64,000 nucleotides of DNA from Myxococcales bacterium (GCA_029861865.1 JAOTYL010000011.1:84517-148516); one strand, 5' to 3'. Shown: positions 46,096 to 54,417, numbered from the stretch's first letter. Numbers and translations: made by a program. Notes: generated from the sequence alone by a model not told the origin.

Positions 46096-46772
46096 CAGGG
46101 TTCCTTCATTTTGTATCCGACCCCGCGCACGGTCTCGAGGTTGCTGACCGAGTGACCGAGCTTCATGCGCAAACGCCGAACGTGGATGTCGACCGTTCTG
46201 CTGCTTCCATAGTAGTCGACTCCCCACACGCGCTCGAGGAGCTGTCGTCTAGAAAAAACGCGTCCGCGGTGTTGGCAAAGAAAACTGAGGAGGGCGAACT
46301 CTTGGTGGGTGAGCTGCCGTGGACGTCCATCGATGCTCACTTCGTGGGCCGCCAAGTCGATGTAGAGCGGGCCCATCTTGATGCGCTCCTGCTGAGCGAA
46401 CTCGCTGCGGCTCCAGTCGACTCGCCGAATTCGCATGTAGAGCTCGGCCGGCACGTAGGGCATCAGAACGAAATCGTCGAAGCCGTCGCCGACGTCGAGG
46501 CGAGAAAGTGCGTTCAACGTGACGCCGATGATGACGGGAACCTCTTGAAGTGGACTCGCGCCCCGGACGCGGACCAAGGCTGCACGACCGGCGTCGGCCT
46601 CGTCTCCTGCCTCGATCAGGACGGCCGCGGGCGGGCTCTTGGCCAGCTCCTCTTCATCGAGGCGGTCCCAGAGCGTGGCGGTCTGGACCTCGCAGCCGAG
46701 CTCATGAAGGCACGCGACCGCGCTTTCCTCGCGGTCTTCGATGCCCTCTCGGCCCACGACGAGGATCCACAT
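46095..46772 (-). CDS. OmpR/PhoB-family winged-helix regulator with atypical (non-phosphorylatable-looking) receiver domain
   Basis: The C-terminal wHTH is canonical (LTHQEFALLSFL...RRQLLERVWG...SRTVDIHVRRLRMKL...TVRGVGYKM). The receiver deviates at conserved sites: ILVVGREG where ILVV(D/E)D is expected, AVLIEAG at the phospho-Asp position, and FVLMPY where KP(F/Y) is expected. Confidence 0.75.
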   Translation of the reverse strand: MWILVVGREGIEDREESAVACLHELGCEVQTATLWDRLDEEELAKSPPAAVLIEAGDEADAGRAALVRVRGASPLQEVPVIIGVTLNALSRLDVGDGFDDFVLMPYVPAELYMRIRRVDWSRSEFAQQERIKMGPLYIDLAAHEVSIDGRPRQLTHQEFALLSFLCQHRGRVFSRRQLLERVWGVDYYGSSRTVDIHVRRLRMKLGHSVSNLETVRGVGYKMKEP

Positions 46773-46843
46773 CGCGGATTACTACACCGCAGCCGCTTAG
46801 GACGCCAGTCGGGAGCGCGACTTCTAGGCCGATCCCCGCTATC

Positions 46844-48157
46844 ATGTCGCCGGCGTTTGCACGGAAACAAGTGGCGACGAAGCACTGGAAAGTCTTGATC
46901 AGCCGACTCGGCACGTCGGATTCGCTGTACGAAGGTACGGTCGACGCGCCGACATGGCCTGCTGCGCTTCAAGCGACCCGCAGTGCGATCGGCGAGGAAG
47001 GCGGCGTGCCCGACGGAGCCAGTTGCAACGTGAGCCCGGACGGCGTCGTCACCATTCACGACTCCCGCGAGCAGCGTCGTTATCGGCTCGCCCCCGCGCC
47101 AGCCCCCTCAGCACCACCCGGCACGAAGAGGCCGGTTCCGAGCCGGCCGGAAGTCGAGGCCGCCACCCCCGCGCAAGCTCGACCGGCCGCGGTGATCGAG
47201 CCGATCCCGGCCCGCAATCCCGTGCCGCCGAGTGTCTCGCCCAGCCAAGGAGTCGCGAACGTGCCCAGGCCGAGCGGCCCTCCCCCAACCGCGATCGAAA
47301 ACAAGCTCATCCTGCTGGCGACCCGGGAGGAACAGCCCACGGGGTCGAGTCCGCTCCACTTTCGTGAGCGAATGTACGCTGTGCCAATTCCTATCGAAGC
47401 GGGAACGGCCGAGAAACTTGCCACCAAGTTGCTCCGCGAAGCCCAAGAGGAGCTTCGGAAACAGCGCGGCGCGAAGTTCGTTCGAATCGAGTTGTTCGAT
47501 CACGTTTGGCGATCGCGCCCTGAACGGCCCGCCGTGGTTCGTGTCGAATGGAAGGACTGGAACAAGGGCATCGATATCGAGTTTCCACTCCAGGACGATA
47601 CGCGGGAGGAGCCGAGGCTCAGCAGCGTGCCGCCTCCCGCGACCGAAGACCGTCTTTCTGTCGCTTTCGAGGCCTGCCAGGACCTGCTGTTCTTGAAGAA
47701 CCGCGCCGAAGCCTTGGAGTTCGGTGTGCATCTCCTCGAGGAGCTCGTTCCGGCGGAAGCGACTGCGGCGTTTCTCCTCGACATCAACACGGACGAGTTT
47801 CGGATGGTCGCTGCACGAGGAACCGGGGCGCACGCGCGCAAGGGAAACGCCTTTCCTTCTTCGGCTGGATTGCTGGGCGCTGCAAGCGCGCTCGCAGAGC
47901 ACGCGGTCTTGGTTCTTGCACACGCCCAAAAAGACCCCCGCTTTCGCCAAGACGTGGACGGCGTGCCCGGGCTCGACGTGCGGGCACTCCTCTACCGGCC
48001 CCTGATTCACAAGGGTCGCCTCTTCGGGTTGCTTCAACTGGCGAACGGCGTCGGTCGCGGGATGTTCAGCGAGGCCGACTGTGAGGTCGTCGACTACGTA
48101 ACGCAGCAGCTCAGCGCATTCGTCGCAAGGGGTGCCACGCCGAGAGCCGCCGGCTAG
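46844..48157 (+). CDS. GAF-domain protein with N-terminal domain and Pro-rich linker
   Basis: The ATG at 46844 (MSPAFARKQ...); the upstream part of the track ORF is antisense junk. A Pro/Ala/Ser linker is present (APAPAPSAPPGTKRPVPSRP...). The C-terminal GAF-like part reads ...TAAFLLDINTDEFRMVAARG...LLYRPLIHKGRLFGLLQLAN... Confidence 0.65.
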   Translation: MSPAFARKQVATKHWKVLISRLGTSDSLYEGTVDAPTWPAALQATRSAIGEEGGVPDGASCNVSPDGVVTIHDSREQRRYRLAPAPAPSAPPGTKRPVPSRPEVEAATPAQARPAAVIEPIPARNPVPPSVSPSQGVANVPRPSGPPPTAIENKLILLATREEQPTGSSPLHFRERMYAVPIPIEAGTAEKLATKLLREAQEELRKQRGAKFVRIELFDHVWRSRPERPAVVRVEWKDWNKGIDIEFPLQDDTREEPRLSSVPPPATEDRLSVAFEACQDLLFLKNRAEALEFGVHLLEELVPAEATAAFLLDINTDEFRMVAARGTGAHARKGNAFPSSAGLLGAASALAEHAVLVLAHAQKDPRFRQDVDGVPGLDVRALLYRPLIHKGRLFGLLQLANGVGRGMFSEADCEVVDYVTQQLSAFVARGATPRAAG

Positions 48158-48684
48158 TTAGGCGGGGATTCGGCCAGCAATGCCTTGACGCGCGCCTCGA
48201 GCTTGCCGGCGTCGTTCTTTCGAAACCCCTCGTGGACGTGGCGGATTTTGCCGTCGCGGCCGATGAAGTACGAGGACGGCATGGTTGAAGGCTCGTACCG
48301 TGAGGCGATCTGAAGCTTCTTGTCGCGCACCTGACGGAAGGTTACGGGTGTGGCCTTCAAGAAGTTGTTCATCTTCTTGTCACTGCTGTCGATGTTGACT
48401 CCGACGATCACGAGCCCCTCGGATGCGTACTTCTTGTGCAGCGTCTCGAGCACCCGCATCTCTTGCTTGCAGGGACCGCACCAGGACGCCCAGAAGTCGA
48501 TCAGGACGACCTTGCCCTCGAGCTTTCCGAGGTCCACCGTCTTGCCGGTTTGGTCCGGGAGACTGATCGGCGGAGGTATGTCACCCGGCGTGAGGGCGTG
48601 CGCGGTGGCGGCCGCGAACGCGATGACGAGCACACCGAGGCTCCAGGTTCTAATGGTCGAGCTCTTCACGGACATACTCGCCAA
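48154..48684 (-). CDS. TlpA/ResA-type periplasmic thiol:disulfide oxidoreductase
   Basis: Signal peptide, then VVLIDFWASWCGPCKQE (a CxxC thioredoxin fold). Confidence 0.85.
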   Translation of the reverse strand: MASMSVKSSTIRTWSLGVLVIAFAAATAHALTPGDIPPPISLPDQTGKTVDLGKLEGKVVLIDFWASWCGPCKQEMRVLETLHKKYASEGLVIVGVNIDSSDKKMNNFLKATPVTFRQVRDKKLQIASRYEPSTMPSSYFIGRDGKIRHVHEGFRKNDAGKLEARVKALLAESPPN

Positions 48685-49570
48685 GCTGTTCAGGCGGAAA
48701 TACGAACCGCCGGTCGTTCACATAGATCGAAGGGGTCGAATCGACACCAACTTTCTTGCCTTCGGCGCGATCGGCGTCGACCTTGGCCTCCACCTCTTTC
48801 GACTTCACGTCGACCCGAAAGCGCTCGAGGTCGAGCCCAAGCTCCTTGGCATAGTTTTCGAAGTTCGCTGTCTCGAGCTTTGCCTGGTTCCTAAAGATCA
48901 GGTCGTGCATCTCCCAAAACTTCCCTTGCCGATCGGCCGCGATCGCTGCCTTGGCCGCTTCCCGCGCCTTGGGATGCCCGGGGAGCGGGTACTGCTTGAA
49001 GACGAGCTTCACCTTTCCGTTCGAGTCGTCGACGATCTTCTTCAAGTAGGGAGCTGCCAGGCGACAATGCGGACACTGAAAATCACTGAACTCGTAGATC
49101 GTGACCGGCGCCATCGGAGAGCCCCGAAACGGAGAGCCCTTGTGGGTGAGCTTCACCTTGGTATCTTCGTCGTACCGAACCCGATAGATCTCGCGAATCT
49201 CGTCACGGGAGTAGCCCTCGTCGACCAACCGCACGACATAGCGAGCCGCCGGTACACATCGCTTGCATTTGCGGTTCTCGACGACACATCGAGCGACGCT
49301 GACGGGATCGCCGCACGGGGACAAGAGCTCGTTCACCATATCGATCCAGATGCTCTGCGAGAAGTCGTCGAGCGCGCTCACGTCGACTTGGGGCAGACTC
49401 GCGATCGGCTCTTTCGACTTGGCGGGCGCAGCTTTGTCCGCTGACCCCTCGTTCTTGGAGCCGTTATCTGCCTCGGAGGAGCGCTCGCAGCCAGCGGCCG
49501 CCAGGGCCATGAGGACGCACAGTGCCAACCAGCGCATGGGAGAGCGGAGCGTAGCAGAGTTTCTTCGCAA
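48650..49570 (-). CDS. DsbA-family thioredoxin-fold lipoprotein
   Basis: Lipobox LAAAGC and active-site motif YEFSDFQCPHCR. The N-terminal extra domain carries CxxxxxxC and CxxC pairs. Confidence 0.8.
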   Translation of the reverse strand: MRRNSATLRSPMRWLALCVLMALAAAGCERSSEADNGSKNEGSADKAAPAKSKEPIASLPQVDVSALDDFSQSIWIDMVNELLSPCGDPVSVARCVVENRKCKRCVPAARYVVRLVDEGYSRDEIREIYRVRYDEDTKVKLTHKGSPFRGSPMAPVTIYEFSDFQCPHCRLAAPYLKKIVDDSNGKVKLVFKQYPLPGHPKAREAAKAAIAADRQGKFWEMHDLIFRNQAKLETANFENYAKELGLDLERFRVDVKSKEVEAKVDADRAEGKKVGVDSTPSIYVNDRRFVFPPEQLGEYVREELDH

Positions 49571-49592
49571 TGCCGTGGCGAGCCCAGGAGCC

Positions 49593-49877
49593 TCAGGACT
49601 CGCTGTAAGTGATGAGCTGAGCCCGAACGATATCCTCGTTGATTCCCGTTCGGATGTATTCCTTCAGGCAATCGGCAATCGTCACCATGAGGTCATCCAT
49701 TCCATTGTCCTCGATGAGCCTGGACAAAAGGGCCCTGGATTCGCGGCTGTCCTCGTCTCGCAAGAACTTGCGGACTTCTTCGATGGTAATTCCACCTTGG
49801 AAGTCGATGTAAGCGTTTTCCATGAGGTAACGCGCCAACTCGTTCACATGACCCTCCGTATCGCCTGATCCGGTCAT
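49593..49877 (-). CDS. Small acidic cytoplasmic protein, unknown function
   Basis: 94-aa ORF, 22 nt upstream of the DsbA-like gene on the same strand. It has a plausible helical composition and matches no motif I recognise. Confidence 0.4.
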   Translation of the reverse strand: MTGSGDTEGHVNELARYLMENAYIDFQGGITIEEVRKFLRDEDSRESRALLSRLIEDNGMDDLMVTIADCLKEYIRTGINEDIVRAQLITYSES

Positions 49878-49907
49878 GTATTAGACACCCGAACGCCCAA
49901 ACGGCAA

Positions 49908-50375
49908 GTGCTAAAGGCCCTCATCGAGGCATCGAGTCGCTTTTCTGGACGAGCGGGTCGTGTAATCGTCCCGACGGTGAAGCCTCGAACCCATCTAAAC
50001 GCAGATCAGAGCTTGTGTGGCTCGCCGCTCGAGCTCGGCGATGGGAGGGCTTCGGTGGCCCTCGACACCACGAATCGAATGGCGGTAGACGAACAAGGGT
50101 TGGTCCACGGAGGTTTCGTGTTCGGCCTGGCTGACTATGCCGCCATGCTCGCCGTCAACGACCCTAACGTGGTGCTCGCGGGCGCGCAGAGCAGGTTTCT
50201 GAAGCCGGTCAGGCGCGGCGACCGCGCGATCGCGCATGCTCGAACCGTTGCGACCGAAGGACCGAAACACGAAGTCGCGGTGCAAGTCAGCGTCGGGGCC
50301 ACCAGAGTTTTCGAAGGGATGTTTACGTGTTTTGTGCTCGGGCGCCACGTGCTCGAGGGAACCGGGAGCGAGTGA
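49908..50375 (+). CDS. PaaI/hotdog-fold thioesterase
   Basis: LELGDGRASVALD...DEQGLVHGGFVFGLADYAAMLAVN...ARTVATEGPKHEV... GTG start; the stop shares 1 nt with the next start (TGATG). Confidence 0.7.
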   Translation: MLKALIEASSRFSGRAGRVIVPTVKPRTHLNADQSLCGSPLELGDGRASVALDTTNRMAVDEQGLVHGGFVFGLADYAAMLAVNDPNVVLAGAQSRFLKPVRRGDRAIAHARTVATEGPKHEVAVQVSVGATRVFEGMFTCFVLGRHVLEGTGSE

Positions 50376-52123
50376 TGACTCAAGACGGCGGCGCCATCAT
50401 CGGAAAGACACTTGCTGCACGCGGGGTGAAGCAGCTCTTCACCCTCTGCGGCGGACACATTTCCCCGATCCTCATCGGAGCCAAAGCAAGCGGGATCGAC
50501 GTGGTCGACGTGCGAGACGAAGTCAGCGCCGTATTCGCCGCGGACGCCGTAGCACGCATGACGGGTATCCCGGGCGTCGCGGCCGTGACCGCGGGCCCCG
50601 GTGTCACCAACACCATCACCGCGGTCAAGAACGCGCAACTCGCTCAGTCGCCGCTCCTGATCTTCGGAGGCGCCGCCGCCACCCTGCTCAAGGGGCGCGG
50701 AGCGCTCCAGGACATCGACCAGATCTCCCTGATGGAGTCGATCACCAAATGGGCGGTATCTCTGAAGACGGTCAACAGCATAGGTCCGGCCGTCGAGAAA
50801 GCGCTCGACCTCGCGCAGGACGGCGTGCCGGGGCCCGTGTTCATCGAGGTGCCGATCGATCTGCTCTACCCCGAGGATCTCGTGCGGGACATGTTGATGA
50901 AGGAAAGTGGCGTCAAGGACGCCAAAAACCTCGGGTCAAAGGCACTCGAGCTCTACATGCGCGGGCACCTGTACCGCCAGTTTCATCAGCCGCACGTGAG
51001 CATCGTCCCCCCGATTCTGGAATCTCTGCCGCCAAAACCGAACCTGAGGGGCCCCCATGTGGACAAAGTCGGGTCGCTGCTCCGAGAAGCACAACGGCCG
51101 GCGCTGATCATCGGAAGTCAGGCGTTGGTCAACTGCCGCGATCCTGAACCGCTCGCTGACGCCGTGCGGGCGCTCGGAATGCCGACTTGGTTGGGTGGCA
51201 CCGCGCGTGGATTGCTCGGAAGGCGCAGCGAGATTCAGTTTCGCCACAAGCGAAGCGCCGCGCTCAAAGAGGCGGACTTGGTCATCGTCGCGGGCTTCCC
51301 GTTCGACTTTCGACTCGGTTACGGCAGAAGCATCTCGAGCCGGGCGACACTCGTGGCCGCCAACCTCAGCGCAAGCGAAATGAAGAAGAACCGCCGCCCT
51401 GAAATCCCCGTTCACATGCACGCCGGTGAGTTCCTGCGAGCGCTCGCAGCCAGCGTCGGCCGGAGCCTCGGCCCTTGGGACGATTGGTTTGAAACTCTGC
51501 GCGATCGAGAGGCCCAGCGAGATCAGGAAATCCAAGACCAGGCCAAGGCTCCCTCGGAGCTCGTCAATCCGCTCGAGCTATTTCTGAAGCTGGAAGACAG
51601 GATGAGCGATGACGCCGTCCTCGTCGTCGACGGTGGGGATTTCGTGGCGACTGCGGCGTACATCTTGAGGCCACGCAAACCACTTTCCTGGCTCGACCCC
51701 GGGGTGTTTGGAACTTTGGGCGTTGGGGGCGGCTTTGCGGTAGGAGCGTCGAAGGTGCGTCCGGGCAAGGAGGTCTGGTTGATCTATGGAGATGGCTCCT
51801 GCGCCTATAGCCTCGCCGAGATCGACACATACGTGCGGCACGGGCTTGCGCCCATCGCAGTCATCGGCACCGATGGGTCCTGGGCGCAAATTGCTCGCGA
51901 GCAGGTCCCGTTACTCGGCGATGACGTCGGCACGGTCCTTCGGCGGACGGCTTACCACGACGCTGCCCAAGGATATGGCGCGGTGGGCTTACTGCTCGAC
52001 GATCCGTCGAAGATCGACGACACCCTTGACAGAGCCAAGGAGGTCGCGGCTTCCGGAAAGCCGGTCGTCATCAATGTGCACATCGGGAGCTCGGAGTTTC
52101 GTAAGGGCTCGATTTCGATGTAA
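50375..52123 (+). CDS. Thiamine-pyrophosphate enzyme (acetolactate synthase large subunit / 2-hydroxyacyl-CoA lyase / oxalyl-CoA decarboxylase superfamily)
   Basis: N-terminal PYR domain [31 protein letters not shown]-terminal TPP-binding motif [32 protein letters not shown]. The ATG at 50375 reads MTQDGG. Confidence 0.85.
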   Translation: MTQDGGAIIGKTLAARGVKQLFTLCGGHISPILIGAKASGIDVVDVRDEVSAVFAADAVARMTGIPGVAAVTAGPGVTNTITAVKNAQLAQSPLLIFGGAAATLLKGRGALQDIDQISLMESITKWAVSLKTVNSIGPAVEKALDLAQDGVPGPVFIEVPIDLLYPEDLVRDMLMKESGVKDAKNLGSKALELYMRGHLYRQFHQPHVSIVPPILESLPPKPNLRGPHVDKVGSLLREAQRPALIIGSQALVNCRDPEPLADAVRALGMPTWLGGTARGLLGRRSEIQFRHKRSAALKEADLVIVAGFPFDFRLGYGRSISSRATLVAANLSASEMKKNRRPEIPVHMHAGEFLRALAASVGRSLGPWDDWFETLRDREAQRDQEIQDQAKAPSELVNPLELFLKLEDRMSDDAVLVVDGGDFVATAAYILRPRKPLSWLDPGVFGTLGVGGGFAVGASKVRPGKEVWLIYGDGSCAYSLAEIDTYVRHGLAPIAVIGTDGSWAQIAREQVPLLGDDVGTVLRRTAYHDAAQGYGAVGLLLDDPSKIDDTLDRAKEVAASGKPVVINVHIGSSEFRKGSISM

Positions 52124-53973
52124 TGGCGACCTGGATCCAGAAGCGCCGGGCGCGACGACGCCTGCAAGACACCGTGGGCCTTTGGTACCATCCGCAATAC
52201 AAGGCTGAGGCACTCGCCGAGAGCGCGCGCGTGCCAGGAATCGAGATAGCCCGAGGGGAAAGGATCCTCGGCGCGCTCGCTAGCGAGGACCTGATTCGCC
52301 CGAAACAAGTGCGACCGGCGCCGTTGGCCAAGCTCGCAAGCCTCGCGATGGTGCACTCCGATGCCTATCTCGAGAGGACCGCAAGGCCGGAGGACTTGGG
52401 CCAGATTTTCGGCCTCGAGCCCGCGCTGGTCGATGTCGACCCCATCCTCATCGCGCAGCGTCGCCAGGTGGGTGGGACCGTCGATGCCGCGCGCTGGGCC
52501 GCTCGCGAGCCTGGCCATCTGGCCTTCAACATCGGAGGTGGTTTTCATCATGCCGAGCCCGAGCAGGGTAGTGGCTTTTGCGTTTACAACGACATCGCGG
52601 TCGCCATCGCGTTGTTGCGTTCTGAAGGCTTCGATGCGCCCATCGCGATCATCGACCTCGACTACCATCAAGGCAACGGCAACATCGTCACCTTCGAAGA
52701 GGACGAGACAGTCTTCACTTACTCGATCCACGGTTCGGTATGGAGCCACGTCGAGGCAGCCGCCGACCAGCAGTTCTTGATGCCGTCGTATACCGATGAC
52801 GCCGCATACCTCGCCAAGCTCGACGAGACATTGCCAGCCGCGCTCGACGCCCATGAGCCCCAGCTATTGTTCTACATCGCGGGTAACGACGTGCTTCGAG
52901 GAGATCGCCTGGGCGAGTTCGCCATGACGCGAGAGGGGGTCCTCGCGCGGGATCGCCGGGTCATCGACCTGGCGCGGGCGCGGGGGTGCAATGTCGTGGC
53001 GACGCTCGGCGGCGGTTATAGCGAGGAAGCTTGGCTTTCGTCGAAGGACTTCATCCGGTGGCTCCTCACCGACGACGCCCAGATCTCAGTGGAGCCCGAG
53101 GTGAGCTTGTTCGAGCAGTACGAGGAGATCGCACGCGAGCTCGACCCATACGAGCTTCAGCGTACGAGCGGCGACTGGCAGATCACCCAGGCCGACTTGC
53201 TCGGAGACCTCGAGGGACCGCGCTACAAGTCGACCCGCATCCTCGACTTTTACTCGAAACACGGCCTCGAGTTCGCGCTCGAGAAGTACGGCCTGATGAG
53301 AGAGGCGCGCGAACGGGGCTTCGTGGAGCCGCGACTCACAGTCGACCCCACGGACCCCGAGCGACAGCACATCACCCTTCACGCCAAGAAGAACGGTCAG
53401 GAATGGTTGCTGGTAGACCTCGTGCTTCGCCGTATCCACATGGCAGCACCCAAGGGCCTCGACCCTCCTGATGATCTCGAATTTCTCTCGATCGAGTGGA
53501 TGTTGCTCCAGAACCCCACGACGGAGTTCTCGCTTCGGCAGCCCAAGTGGCCCGGACAGGATCACCCGGGGCTCGGAGTTGGCGAACAGCTCATGCACAT
53601 GTTTTTTCAAGGGGCGAAGCGGCTCGAGCTCGATGGGGTGATCAACCATCCTTCGCGCTATCACATCGCGTTCATCGGCGGCGCTCAGTTCTTCTTCTTG
53701 GATCCTGAGGTGCAGGGGCGTTTCGAGGCCATCCGCGAAGCGCTTGCCAATCTCGATCTCGCCGAAGCGGCTTGGAAGATGGAGCGGGGTGAAGTCCGCT
53801 GGGCCGATGATGGCACTCCGGTTGTGTGGGAAGCCGAGGACATCGTCGTCCCCACCAGCGATCGCCTTTTTGCCTACCTCGGCTCCCGCAACTACCAAGA
53901 ACCCCGCGCCCAAGCCCAGGCAGTGGCGAGAGCGCGAGGCATCGTTTTCGAACCTACTCGTAAGTCGTCGTAG
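52123..53973 (+). CDS. Histone deacetylase-family (arginase/deacetylase fold) enzyme fused to a roughly 290-aa C-terminal domain of unknown function
   Basis: The N-terminal approximately 320 aa carry GGGFHHAEPEQGSGFCVYNDIAVAI, IIDLDYHQGNGN and TLGGGYS. The C-terminal part (from about TDDAQISVEPEV to the end) matches no motif I recognise. The start shares 1 nt with the upstream stop (TAATG). Confidence 0.8.
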   Translation: MATWIQKRRARRRLQDTVGLWYHPQYKAEALAESARVPGIEIARGERILGALASEDLIRPKQVRPAPLAKLASLAMVHSDAYLERTARPEDLGQIFGLEPALVDVDPILIAQRRQVGGTVDAARWAAREPGHLAFNIGGGFHHAEPEQGSGFCVYNDIAVAIALLRSEGFDAPIAIIDLDYHQGNGNIVTFEEDETVFTYSIHGSVWSHVEAAADQQFLMPSYTDDAAYLAKLDETLPAALDAHEPQLLFYIAGNDVLRGDRLGEFAMTREGVLARDRRVIDLARARGCNVVATLGGGYSEEAWLSSKDFIRWLLTDDAQISVEPEVSLFEQYEEIARELDPYELQRTSGDWQITQADLLGDLEGPRYKSTRILDFYSKHGLEFALEKYGLMREARERGFVEPRLTVDPTDPERQHITLHAKKNGQEWLLVDLVLRRIHMAAPKGLDPPDDLEFLSIEWMLLQNPTTEFSLRQPKWPGQDHPGLGVGEQLMHMFFQGAKRLELDGVINHPSRYHIAFIGGAQFFFLDPEVQGRFEAIREALANLDLAEAAWKMERGEVRWADDGTPVVWEAEDIVVPTSDRLFAYLGSRNYQEPRAQAQAVARARGIVFEPTRKSS

Positions 53974-53994
53974 CGCGTTCGCAGTTCCGTCCTC

Positions 53995-54031
53995 CAAAAA
54001 ACAGCGCGGCGCCCTGCCGAAACAGGGCGCC
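53995..54031 (-). terminator. Rho-independent terminator downstream of rnpB
   Basis: The minus strand reads GGCGCCCUG-UUUCGG-CAGGGCGCC, i.e. a 9-bp GC stem, followed by GCGCUGUUUUUUGG. Confidence 0.75.
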
Positions 54032-54032
54032 G

Positions 54033-54417
54033 TGGTTAGAGGGTTCGTAAGCCGAGTTTTGTTCCCGTGCTCGTCGCCGAAACACGGGTCGCGATCATTC
54101 TTCTGGGACCGATGTCGCCATCGGCCTCGAGCGACGTTACCCGGAGACTCGGGCGGAACCACCCTGAGCGCCTCCCTATTTCGTCTTGCTTCGGATGGGG
54201 TTTGCCGTGCGACCGACGTTACCGCCAGCCCGGTGAGCTCTTACCTCACCCTTTCACCCTTACCGCGCGGCCTTTCGACGGCACGGCGGTTTGCTTTCTG
54301 TGGCACTTTCCTCGGGGTCACCCCCACCAGGAGTTACCTGGCATCCTGTCCTGTGAAGCTCGGACTTTCCTCCCGTGTGCAGAGCACACAAGCGATCGCT
54401 TGAACCTGTCTAACCGA
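54033..54417 (-). ncRNA. rnpB: RNase P RNA, bacterial type A
   Basis: The minus strand contains:
- GGGAGGAAAGUCCGAGCUUCACAGG (CR-I)
- CCACAGAAAGCAAACCGCC
- GGUAAGGGUGAAAGGGUGAGGUAAGAGCUCACC
- ACAAAACUCGGCUUAC (CR-V)
P1 can form between 5' GGUUAGACAGGUUC and 3' GAACCCUCUAACC. No credible CDS lies in this 470-nt gap. The ends are good to within a few nt. Confidence 0.9.

Noticed and set aside
4648-46227. N-terminal extensions in the ORF track for several genes: 5640 for the hydrolase, 7847 for the ACP, 9696 for the FAAL, 31712, 33417, 35015, 34853 for ftsY, 45241 for uvrA, 46227 for pdxA and 46550 for the GAF protein.
   Set aside because: - The extended parts overlap upstream genes and are Arg/Gly/Pro-rich.
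- They precede obvious native N-termini, such as signal peptides, MSADIVIRG of UvrA and MLAPLAISTGDPAG of PdxA.
- The internal starts give ATGA/TGATG coupling or good Shine-Dalgarno spacing.
53086-54162. 358-aa minus-strand ORF spanning the HDAC C-terminal region and running into rnpB.
   Set aside because: It overlaps a better-supported plus-strand CDS and the RNase P RNA. It has no motifs and a typical shadow-ORF composition.
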